A DNA stretch of 64,000 nt from Azolla caroliniana. Lineage: Eukaryota; Plantae; Polypodiophyta. Position numbers and translations under genes: made by a program. Positions 50,942 to 62,872 of this stretch are shown piece by piece; the first letter of the stretch is position 1; each line of letters opens with the position of its first letter. The notes beneath the pieces are model-generated. The model saw nothing but the letters and a program-made list of their open reading frames with translations. It was not told the DNA's origin and made no database searches. The stretch covers positions 434,001 through 498,000 of the forward strand of contig JBHGNT010000023.1 in the NCBI GenBank assembly GCA_043228905.1, written 5' to 3'.

Positions 50942-51808
50942 TTGGGTCGAGAGACATCAAGAAATTAGTAAATTACATGAGGGAGTTGAGAAGAGCGCGT
51001 GAGTAAATTAAAATGTTCATAGCTGGCTCGTGTGATATCGGATTTTAGTCTTCAAACATGCGAATCAAAGCTAACAACACTAGCTATGATAAGGAATGAA
51101 AAAATCAAGATTTTGAAACTCAGGTCGAGAGACATGAAGAAATTAGTAACTTAGAGGAGGGTGTTGACAAGAGCGCATGAGTAAATTAAAATGTTCATAC
51201 CTGGCTCTTGTGATATCGAATTTTAGTGTTCAAAGATGCCAATCGAAGCTAACAACACTACCTATGATATGGAATTAAAAAATCAAGATTTCGAAACTTG
51301 GGTCGAGAGACATGAAGAAATTAGTAAATTAGGGGAGGGAGTTTAGAAGAGCGCTTGAGTAAATTAAAATGTTCATAGCTGGCTCGTGTGATATCGGATT
51401 TTTCTGTTCAAAGATACCAATCGAAGCTAACAACACTAGCTATGATATGGAACTAAAAAATCAAAATTTCGAAACTTGGGTCGAGAGACATGAAGAAATT
51501 AGTAAATTAGGGGAGGGAGTTGAGAAGAGCGCGTGAGTAAATTAAAATGTTCATAGCTGGCTCGTGTGATATCGGATTTCTGTGTTCAAACATGCGAATC
51601 GAAGCTAACAACACTTGCTATGATATGGAATTAAAAAATCAAGATTTTGAAACTCAGGTCGAGAGACATGAAGAAATTAGTAAAGTAGGGGAGGGTGTTG
51701 ACGAGAGCGCGTGAGTAAATTAAAATGTTCATAGCTGGTTCGTGCGATATCGGATTTTAGTGTTCAAACATGCGAATCGAAGCTAACAACACTAACTATG
51801 ATATGGAA

Positions 51809-51832
51809 GGGTTTAGGGTTTAGGGTTTAGGG
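51809..51832 (+). repeat. Telomeric tract type B, copy 7
   Basis: Identical tract; 891 bp (5x178+1) after copy 6. Confidence 0.96.
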
Positions 51833-54656
51833 TTGGGTCGAGAGACATCAAGAAATTAGTAAATTACATGAGGGAGTTGAGAAGAGCGCGTGAGTAAATT
51901 AAAATGTTCATAGCTGGCTCGTGTGATATCGGATTTTAGTCTTCAAACATGCGAATCAAAGCTAACAACACTAGCTATGATAAGGAATGAAAAAATCAAG
52001 ATTTTTAAACTCAGGTCGAGAGACATGAAGAAATTAGTAAATTAGAGGAGGGTGTTGACAAGAGCGCATGAGTAAATTAAAATGTTCATACCTGGCTCTT
52101 GTGATATCGAATTTTTGTGTTCAAAGATACCAATCGAAGCTAACAACACTAGCTATGATATGGAATTAAAAAATCAAAATTTCGAAACTTGGGTCGAGAG
52201 ACATGAAGAAATTAGTAAATTAGGGGAGGGAGTTGAGAAGAGCGCGTGAGTAAATTAAAATGTTCATAGCTGGCTCGTGTGATATCGGATTTTAGTCTTC
52301 AAACATGCGAATCAAAGCTAACAACACTAGCTATGATATGGAATGAAAAAATCAAGATTTTGAAACTCAGGTCGAGAGACATGAAGAAATTAGTAACTTA
52401 GAGGAGGGTGTTGACAAGAGCGCATGAGTAAATTAAAATGTTCATACCTGGCTCTTGTGATATCGAATTTTAGTGTTCAAAGATGCCAATCGAAGCTAAC
52501 AACACTACCTATGATATGGAATTAAAAAATCAAGATTTCGAAACTTGGGTCGAGAGACATGAAGAAATTAGTAAATTAGGGGAGGGAGTTTAGAAGAGCG
52601 CTTGAGTAAATTAAAATGTTCATAGCTGGCTCGTGTGATATCGGATTTTTATGTTCAAACATGCGAATCGAAGCTAACAACACTAGCTATGATAAGGAAT
52701 GAAAAAATCAAGATTTTGAAACGCAGGTCGTGAGACATGAAGATATTAGTAAATTAGAGGAGGGAGTTGAGAAGAGCGCGTGAGTAAATTAAAATGTTCA
52801 TAGCTGGCTCGTGTGATCCCGGATTTTTATGTTCGAAGATGCGAATCGAAGCTAACAACACTACGTATGATATGGAATGAAAAAATCGAGATTTTGAAAC
52901 TCAGGTCGAGAGACATCAAGAAATTGGTAAATTACATGAGGGAGTTGAGAAGAGCGCGTGAGTAAATTAAAATGTTCATAGCTGGCTCGTGTGATATCGG
53001 ATTTTTGTGTTCAGAGATGCGAATCGAAGCTAACAACACTAGCTATGATATGGCATGAAAAAATCAAGATTTTGAAACTCAGGTCGAGAGACATGAAGAA
53101 ATTAGTAACTTAGAGGAGGGTGTTGACAAGAGCGCATGAGTAAATTAAAATGTTCATACCTGGCTCTTGTGATATCGAATTTTAGTGTTCAAAGATGCCA
53201 ATCGAAGCTAACAACACTACCTATGATATGGAATTAAAAAATCAAGATTTCGAAACTTGGGTCGAGAGACATGAAGAAATTAGTAAATTAGGGGAGGGAG
53301 TTTAGAAGAGCGCTTGAGTAAATTAAAATGTTCATAGCTGGCTCGTGTGATATCGGATTTTTATGTTCAAACATGCGAATCGAAGCTAACAACACTAGCT
53401 ATGATAAGGAATGAAAAAATCAAGATTTTGAAACGCAGGTCGTGAGACATGAAGATATTAGTAAATTAGAGGAGGGAGTTGAGAAGAGCGCGTGAGTAAA
53501 TTAAAATGTTCATAGCTGGCTCGTGTGATCCCGGATTTTTATGTTCAAACATGCGAATCGAAGCTAACAACACTAGCTATGATATGGAATTAAAAAATCA
53601 AGATTTTGAAACTCAAGTCGAGAGACATGAAGAAATTAGTAAATTAGAGGAGGGTATTGCAAGAGCGCGTGAGTAAATTAAAATGTTCAAAGCTGGCTCG
53701 TGTGATATCGGATTTTTGTGTTCAAAGATGCCAATCGAAGCTAACAACACTAGCTATGATATGGAATTAAAAAATCAAGATTTTGAAACTTAGATCGAGA
53801 GACATGAAGAAATTAGTAAATTAGAGGAGGGTGTTGACAAGAGCGCATGAGTAAATTAAAATGTTCATACCTGGCTCTTGTGATATCGGATTTTTGTGTT
53901 CAAAGATACCAATCGAAGCTAACAACACTAGCTATGATATGGAATTAAAAAATCAAAATTTCGAAACTTGGGTCGAGAGACATGAAGAAATTAGTAAATT
54001 AGGGGAGGGAGTTGAGAAGAGCGCGTGAGTAAATTAAAATGTTCATAGCTGGCTCGTGTGATATCGGATTTTTGTGTTCAAACATGCGAATCGAAGCTAA
54101 CAACACTTGCTATGATATGGAATTAAAAAATCAAGATTTTGAAACTCAGGTCGAGAGACATGAAGAAATTAGTAAATTACATGAGGGAGTTGACAAGAGC
54201 GCATGAGTAAATTAAAATGTTCATACCTGGCTCTTGTGATATCGGATTTTAGTGTTCAAAGATGCCAATCGAAGCTAACAACACTAGCTATGATATGGAA
54301 TTAAAAAATCAAAATTTCGAAACTTGGGTCGAGAGACATGAAGAAATTAGTAAATTAGGGGAGGGAGTTGAGAAGAGCGCGTGAGTAAATTAAAATGTTC
54401 ATAGCTGGCTCGTGTGATATCGGATTTCTGTGTTCAAACATGCGAATCGAAGCTAACAACACTTGCTATGATATGGAATTAAAAAATCAAGATTTTGAAA
54501 CTCAGGTCGAGAGACATGAAGAAATTAGTAAAGTAGGGGAGGGTGTTGACGAGAGCGCGTGAGTAAATTAAAATGTTCATAGCTGGTTCGTGCGATATCG
54601 GATTTTAGTGTTCAAACATGCGAATCGAAGCTAACAACACTAACTATGATATGGAA

Positions 54657-54680
54657 GGGTTTAGGGTTTAGGGTTTAGGG
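54657..54680 (+). repeat. Telomeric tract type B, copy 8
   Basis: Identical tract; 3739 bp after copy 6. Confidence 0.96.
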
Positions 54681-55547
54681 TTGGGTCGAGAGACATCAAG
54701 AAATTAGTAAATTACATGAGGGAGTTGAGAAGAGCGCGTGAGTAAATTAAAATGTTCATAGCTGGCTCGTGTGATATCGGATTTTAGTCTTCAAACATGC
54801 GAATCAAAGCTAACAACACTAGCTATGATAAGGAATGAAAAAATCAAGATTTTGAAACTCAGGTCGAGAGACATGAAGAAATTAGTAACTTAGAGGAGGG
54901 TGTTGACAAGAGCGCATGAGTAAATTAAAATGTTCATACCTGGCTCTTGTGATATCGAATTTTAGTGTTCAAAGATGCCAATCGAAGCTAACAACACTAC
55001 CTATGATATGGAATTAAAAAATCAAGATTTCGAAACTTGGGTCGAGAGACATGAAGAAATTAGTAAATTAGGGGAGGGAGTTTAGAAGAGCGCTTGAGTA
55101 AATTAAAATGTTCATAGCTGGCTCGTGTGATATCGGATTTTTCTGTTCAAAGATACCAATCGAAGCTAACAACACTAGCTATGATATGGAACTAAAAAAT
55201 CAAAATTTCGAAACTTGGGTCGAGAGACATGAAGAAATTAGTAAATTAGGGGAGGGAGTTGAGAAGAGCGCGTGAGTAAATTAAAATGTTCATAGCTGGC
55301 TCGTGTGATATCGGATTTCTGTGTTCAAACATGCGAATCGAAGCTAACAACACTTGCTATGATATGGAATTAAAAAATCAAGATTTTGAAACTCAGGTCG
55401 AGAGACATGAAGAAATTAGTAAAGTAGGGGAGGGTGTTGACGAGAGCGCGTGAGTAAATTAAAATGTTCATAGCTGGTTCGTGCGATATCGGATTTTAGT
55501 GTTCAAACATGCGAATCGAAGCTAACAACACTAACTATGATATGGAA

Positions 55548-55571
55548 GGGTTTAGGGTTTAGGGTTTAGGG
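55548..55571 (+). repeat. Telomeric tract type B, copy 9
   Basis: Identical tract; 3739 bp after copy 7. Confidence 0.96.
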
Positions 55572-58395
55572 TTGGGTCGAGAGACATCAAGAAATTAGTA
55601 AATTACATGAGGGAGTTGAGAAGAGCGCGTGAGTAAATTAAAATGTTCATAGCTGGCTCGTGTGATATCGGATTTTAGTCTTCAAACATGCGAATCAAAG
55701 CTAACAACACTAGCTATGATAAGGAATGAAAAAATCAAGATTTTTAAACTCAGGTCGAGAGACATGAAGAAATTAGTAAATTAGAGGAGGGTGTTGACAA
55801 GAGCGCATGAGTAAATTAAAATGTTCATACCTGGCTCTTGTGATATCGAATTTTTGTGTTCAAAGATACCAATCGAAGCTAACAACACTAGCTATGATAT
55901 GGAATTAAAAAATCAAAATTTCGAAACTTGGGTCGAGAGACATGAAGAAATTAGTAAATTAGGGGAGGGAGTTGAGAAGAGCGCGTGAGTAAATTAAAAT
56001 GTTCATAGCTGGCTCGTGTGATATCGGATTTTAGTCTTCAAACATGCGAATCAAAGCTAACAACACTAGCTATGATATGGAATGAAAAAATCAAGATTTT
56101 GAAACTCAGGTCGAGAGACATGAAGAAATTAGTAACTTAGAGGAGGGTGTTGACAAGAGCGCATGAGTAAATTAAAATGTTCATACCTGGCTCTTGTGAT
56201 ATCGAATTTTAGTGTTCAAAGATGCCAATCGAAGCTAACAACACTACCTATGATATGGAATTAAAAAATCAAGATTTCGAAACTTGGGTCGAGAGACATG
56301 AAGAAATTAGTAAATTAGGGGAGGGAGTTTAGAAGAGCGCTTGAGTAAATTAAAATGTTCATAGCTGGCTCGTGTGATATCGGATTTTTATGTTCAAACA
56401 TGCGAATCGAAGCTAACAACACTAGCTATGATAAGGAATGAAAAAATCAAGATTTTGAAACGCAGGTCGTGAGACATGAAGATATTAGTAAATTAGAGGA
56501 GGGAGTTGAGAAGAGCGCGTGAGTAAATTAAAATGTTCATAGCTGGCTCGTGTGATCCCGGATTTTTATGTTCGAAGATGCGAATCGAAGCTAACAACAC
56601 TACGTATGATATGGAATGAAAAAATCGAGATTTTGAAACTCAGGTCGAGAGACATCAAGAAATTGGTAAATTACATGAGGGAGTTGAGAAGAGCGCGTGA
56701 GTAAATTAAAATGTTCATAGCTGGCTCGTGTGATATCGGATTTTTGTGTTCAGAGATGCGAATCGAAGCTAACAACACTAGCTATGATATGGAATGAAAA
56801 AATCAAGATTTTGAAACTCAGGTCGAGAGACATGAAGAAATTAGTAACTTAGAGGAGGGTGTTGACAAGAGCGCATGAGTAAATTAAAATGTTCATACCT
56901 GGCTCTTGTGATATCGAATTTTAGTGTTCAAAGATGCCAATCGAAGCTAACAACACTACCTATGATATGGAATTAAAAAATCAAGATTTCGAAACTTGGG
57001 TCGAGAGACATGAAGAAATTAGTAAATTAGGGGAGGGAGTTTAGAAGAGCGCTTGAGTAAATTAAAATGTTCATAGCTGGCTCGTGTGATATCGGATTTT
57101 TATGTTCAAACATGCGAATCGAAGCTAACAACACTAGCTATGATAAGGAATGAAAAAATCAAGATTTTGAAACGCAGGTCGTGAGACATGAAGATATTAG
57201 TAAATTAGAGGAGGGAGTTGAGAAGAGCGCGTGAGTAAATTAAAATGTTCATAGCTGGCTCGTGTGATCCCGGATTTTTATGTTCAAACATGCGAATCGA
57301 AGCTAACAACACTAGCTATGATATGGAATTAAAAAATCAAGATTTTGAAACTCAGGTCGAGAGACATGAAGAAATTAGTAAATTAGAGGAGGGTATTGCA
57401 AGAGCGCGTGAGTAAATTAAAATGTTCAAAGCTGGCTCGTGTGATATCGGATTTTTGTGTTCAAAGATGCCAATCGAAGCTAACAACACTAGCTATGATA
57501 TGGAATTAAAAAATCAAGATTTTGAAACTTAGATCGAGAGACATGAAGAAATTAGTAAATTAGAGGAGGGTGTTGACAAGAGCGCATGAGTAAATTAAAA
57601 TGTTCATACCTGGCTCTTGTGATATCGGATTTTTGTGTTCAAAGATACCAATCGAAGCTAACAACACTAGCTATGATATGGAATTAAAAAATCAAAATTT
57701 CGAAACTTGGGTCGAGAGACATGAAGAAATTAGTAAATTAGGGGAGGGAGTTGAGAAGAGCGCGTGAGTAAATTAAAATGTTCATAGCTGGCTCGTGTGA
57801 TATCGGATTTTTGTGTTCAAACATGCGAATCGAAGCTAACAACACTTGCTATGATATGGAATTAAAAAATCAAGATTTTGAAACTCAGGTCGAGAGACAT
57901 GAAGAAATTAGTAAATTACATGAGGGAGTTGACAAGAGCGCATGAGTAAATTAAAATGTTCATACCTGGCTCTTGTGATATCGGATTTTAGTGTTCAAAG
58001 ATGCCAATCGAAGCTAACAACACTAGCTATGATATGGAATTAAAAAATCAAAATTTCGAAACTTGGGTCGAGAGACATGAAGAAATTAGTAAATTAGGGG
58101 AGGGAGTTGAGAAGAGCGCGTGAGTAAATTAAAATGTTCATAGCTGGCTCGTGTGATATCGGATTTCTGTGTTCAAACATGCGAATCGAAGCTAACAACA
58201 CTTGCTATGATATGGAATTAAAAAATCAAGATTTTGAAACTCAGGTCGAGAGACATGAAGAAATTAGTAAAGTAGGGGAGGGTGTTGACGAGAGCGCGTG
58301 AGTAAATTAAAATGTTCATAGCTGGTTCGTGCGATATCGGATTTTAGTGTTCAAACATGCGAATCGAAGCTAACAACACTAACTATGATATGGAA

Positions 58396-58419
58396 GGGTT
58401 TAGGGTTTAGGGTTTAGGG
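58396..58419 (+). repeat. Telomeric tract type B, copy 10
   Basis: Identical tract; 3739 bp after copy 8. Confidence 0.96.
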
Positions 58420-59286
58420 TTGGGTCGAGAGACATCAAGAAATTAGTAAATTACATGAGGGAGTTGAGAAGAGCGCGTGAGTAAATTAAAATGTTCATAG
58501 CTGGCTCGTGTGATATCGGATTTTAGTCTTCAAACATGCGAATCAAAGCTAACAACACTAGCTATGATAAGGAATGAAAAAATCAAGATTTTGAAACTCA
58601 GGTCGAGAGACATGAAGAAATTAGTAACTTAGAGGAGGGTGTTGACAAGAGCGCATGAGTAAATTAAAATGTTCATACCTGGCTCTTGTGATATCGAATT
58701 TTAGTGTTCAAAGATGCCAATCGAAGCTAACAACACTACCTATGATATGGAATTAAAAAATCAAGATTTCGAAACTTGGGTCGAGAGACATGAAGAAATT
58801 AGTAAATTAGGGGAGGGAGTTTAGAAGAGCGCTTGAGTAAATTAAAATGTTCATAGCTGGCTCGTGTGATATCGGATTTTTCTGTTCAAAGATACCAATC
58901 GAAGCTAACAACACTAGCTATGATATGGAACTAAAAAATCAAAATTTCGAAACTTGGGTCGAGAGACATGAAGAAATTAGTAAATTAGGGGAGGGAGTTG
59001 AGAAGAGCGCGTGAGTAAATTAAAATGTTCATAGCTGGCTCGTGTGATATCGGATTTCTGTGTTCAAACATGCGAATCGAAGCTAACAACACTTGCTATG
59101 ATATGGAATTAAAAAATCAAGATTTTGAAACTCAGGTCGAGAGACATGAAGAAATTAGTAAAGTAGGGGAGGGTGTTGACGAGAGCGCGTGAGTAAATTA
59201 AAATGTTCATAGCTGGTTCGTGCGATATCGGATTTTAGTGTTCAAACATGCGAATCGAAGCTAACAACACTAACTATGATATGGAA

Positions 59287-59310
59287 GGGTTTAGGGTTTA
59301 GGGTTTAGGG
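59287..59310 (+). repeat. Telomeric tract type B, copy 11
   Basis: Identical tract; 3739 bp after copy 9. Confidence 0.96.
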
Positions 59311-61244
59311 TTGGGTCGAGAGACATCAAGAAATTAGTAAATTACATGAGGGAGTTGAGAAGAGCGCGTGAGTAAATTAAAATGTTCATAGCTGGCTCGT
59401 GTGATATCGGATTTTAGTCTTCAAACATGCGAATCAAAGCTAACAACACTAGCTATGATAAGGAATGAAAAAATCAAGATTTTTAAACTCAGGTCGAGAG
59501 ACATGAAGAAATTAGTAAATTAGAGGAGGGTGTTGACAAGAGCGCATGAGTAAATTAAAATGTTCATACCTGGCTCTTGTGATATCGAATTTTTGTGTTC
59601 AAAGATACCAATCGAAGCTAACAACACTAGCTATGATATGGAATTAAAAAATCAAAATTTCGAAACTTGGGTCGAGAGACATGAAGAAATTAGTAAATTA
59701 GGGGAGGGAGTTGAGAAGAGCGCGTGAGTAAATTAAAATGTTCATAGCTGGCTCGTGTGATATCGGATTTTTGTGTTCAAACATGCGAATCGAAGCTAAC
59801 AACACTTGCTATGATATGGAATTAAAAAATCAAGATTTTGAAACTCAGGTCGAGAGACATGAAGAAATTAGTAAATTACATGAGGGAGTTGACAAGAGCG
59901 CATGAGTAAATTAAAATGTTCATACCTGGCTCTTGTGATATCGGATTTTAGTGTTCAAAGATGCCAATCGAAGCTAACAACACTAGCTATGATATGGAAT
60001 TAAAAAATCAAGATTTCGAAACTTGGGTCGAGAGACATGAAGAAATTAGTAAATTAGGGGAGGGAGTTGAGAAGAGCGCGTGAGTAAATTAAAATGTTCA
60101 TAGCTGGCTCGTGTGATATCGGATTTTTGTGTTCAAACATGCGAATCGAAGCTAACAACACTAGCTATGATATGGAATTAAAAAATCAAGATTTCGAAAC
60201 TTGGGTCGAGAGATATGAAGAAATTAGTAAATTACATGAGGGAGTTGAGAAGAGCGCGTGAGTAAATTAAAATGTTCATAGCTGGCTCGTGTGATATCGG
60301 AATTTAGTGTTCAAACATGCGAATCGAAGCTAACAACACTAACTATGATATGGAATTAAAAAATCAAGATTTTGAAACTTGGGTCGACAGATATCAAGAA
60401 ATTAGTAAATTACATCAGGGAGTTGAGAAGAGCGCGTGAGTAAATTAAAATGTTCATAGCTGGCTCGTGTGATATCGGATTTTTGTGTTCAAACATGCGA
60501 ATCGAAGCTAACAACACTAGCTATGATATGGAATTAAAAAATGAAGATTTTGAAACTCAGGTCGAGAGACATGAAGAAATTAGTAAATTAGAGGAGGGTA
60601 TTGCAAGAGCGCGTGAGTAAATTAAAATGTTCAAAGCTGGCTCGTGTGATATCGGATTTTTGTGTTCAAAGATGCCAATCGAAGCTAACAACACTAGCTA
60701 TGATATGGAATTAAAAAATCAAGATTTTGAAACTCAGATCGAGAGACATGAAGAAATTAGTAAATTAGAGGAGGGTGTTGACAAGAGCGCATGAGTAAAT
60801 TAAAATGTTCATACCTGGCTCTTGTGATATCGGATTTTTCTGTTCAAAGATACCAATCGAAGCTAACAACACTAGCTATGATATGGAACTAAAAAATCAA
60901 AATTTCGAAACTTGGGTCGAGAGACATGAAGAAATTAGTAAATTAGGGGAGGGAGTTGAGAAGAGCGCGTGAGTAAATTAAAATGTTCATAGCTGGCTCG
61001 TGTGATATCGGATTTCTGTGTTCAAACATGCGAATCGAAGCTAACAACACTTGCTATGATATGGAATTAAAAAATCAAGATTTTGAAACTCAGGTCGAGA
61101 GACATGAAGAAATTAGTAAAGTAGGGGAGGGTGTTGACGAGAGCGCGTGAGTAAATTAAAATGTTCATAGCTGGTTCGTGCGATATCGGATTTTAGTGTT
61201 CAAACATGCGAATCGAAGCTAACAACACTAACTATGATATGGAA

Positions 61245-61268
61245 GGGTTTAGGGTTTAGGGTTTAGGG
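61245..61268 (+). repeat. Telomeric tract type B, copy 12
   Basis: Identical tract and junctions. Confidence 0.96.
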
Positions 61269-61957
61269 TTGGGTCGAGAGACATCAAGAAATTAGTAAAT
61301 TACATGAGGGAGTTGAGAAGAGCGCGTGAGTAAATTAAAATGTTCATAGCTGGCTCGTGTGATATCGGATTTTAGTCTTCAAACATGCGAATCAAAGCTA
61401 ACAACACTAGCTATGATAAGGAATGAAAAAATCAAGATTTTTAAACTCAGGTCGAGAGACATGAAGAAATTAGTAAATTAGAGGAGGGTGTTGACAAGAG
61501 CGCATGAGTAAATTAAAATGTTCATACCTGGCTCTTGTGATATCGGATTTTAGTGTTCAAAGATGCCAATCGAAGCTAACAACACTAGCTATGATATGGA
61601 ATTAAAAAATCAAAATTTCGAAACTTGGGTCGAGAGACATGAAGAAATTAGTAAATTAGGGGAGGGAGTTGAGAAGAGCGCGTGAGTAAATTAAAATGTT
61701 CATAGCTGGCTCGTGTGATATCGGATTTCTGTGTTCAAACATGCGAATCGAAGCTAACAACACTTGCTATGATATGGAATTAAAAAATCAAGATTTTGAA
61801 ACTCAGGTCGAGAGACATGAAGAAATTAGTAAAGTAGGGGAGGGTGTTGACGAGAGCGCGTGAGTAAATTAAAATGTTCATAGCTGGTTCGTGCAATATC
61901 GGATTTTAGTGTTCAAACATGCGAATCGAAGCTAACAACACTAACTATGATATGGAA

Positions 61958-61981
61958 GGGTTTAGGGTTTAGGGTTTAGGG
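61958..61981 (+). repeat. Telomeric tract type B, copy 13
   Basis: Identical tract; 713 bp (4x178+1) after copy 12. Confidence 0.96.
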
Positions 61982-62848
61982 TTGGGTCGAGAGACATCAA
62001 GAAATTAGTAAATTACATGAGGGAGTTGAGAAGAGCGCGTGAGTAAATTAAAATGTTCATAGCTGGCTCGTGTGATATCGGATTTTAGTCTTCAAACATG
62101 CGAATCAAAGCTAACAACACTAGCTATGATAAGGAATGAAAAAATCAAGATTTTGAAACTCAGGTCGAGAGACATGAAGAAATTAGTAACTTAGAGGAGG
62201 GTGTTGACAAGAGCGCATGAGTAAATTAAAATGTTCATACCTGGCTCTTGTGATATCGAATTTTAGTGTTCAAAGATGCCAATCGAAGCTAACAACACTA
62301 CCTATGATATGGAATTAAAAAATCAAGATTTCGAAACTTGGGTCGAGAGACATGAAGAAATTAGTAAATTAGGGGAGGGAGTTTAGAAGAGCGCTTGAGT
62401 AAATTAAAATGTTCATAGCTGGCTCGTGTGATATCGGATTTTTCTGTTCAAAGATACCAATCGAAGCTAACAACACTAGCTATGATATGGAACTAAAAAA
62501 TCAAAATTTCGAAACTTGGGTCGAGAGACATGAAGAAATTAGTAAATTAGGGGAGGGAGTTGAGAAGAGCGCGTGAGTAAATTAAAATGTTCATAGCTGG
62601 CTCGTGTGATATCGGATTTCTGTGTTCAAACATGCGAATCGAAGCTAACAACACTTGCTATGATATGGAATTAAAAAATCAAGATTTTGAAACTCAGGTC
62701 GAGAGACATGAAGAAATTAGTAAAGTAGGGGAGGGTGTTGACGAGAGCGCGTGAGTAAATTAAAATGTTCATAGCTGGTTCGTGCGATATCGGATTTTAG
62801 TGTTCAAACATGCGAATCGAAGCTAACAACACTAACTATGATATGGAA

Positions 62849-62872
62849 GGGTTTAGGGTTTAGGGTTTAGGG
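62849..62872 (+). repeat. Telomeric tract type B, copy 14
   Basis: Identical tract; 891 bp after copy 13. Confidence 0.96.

Larger units (their letters stand above)
48560..59770 (+). repeat. 21-mer higher-order repeat (3739 bp), three near-identical copies, each with two type B telomere tracts
   Basis: Tracts at 50918/54657/58396 and 51809/55548/59287 are spaced exactly 3739 bp (21x178+1). TGTTCGAAG, AGTAACTTAG and ATTTTTAAAC variants follow the same period. Confidence 0.9.

Noticed and set aside
3715-62872. Telomeric tracts as a true chromosome end, a fusion site or a base-calling artefact
   Set aside because: The tracts are only three repeats long, are all in one orientation (no head-to-head fusion), have identical junctions within each class and follow HOR periodicity, which is not expected of random errors.
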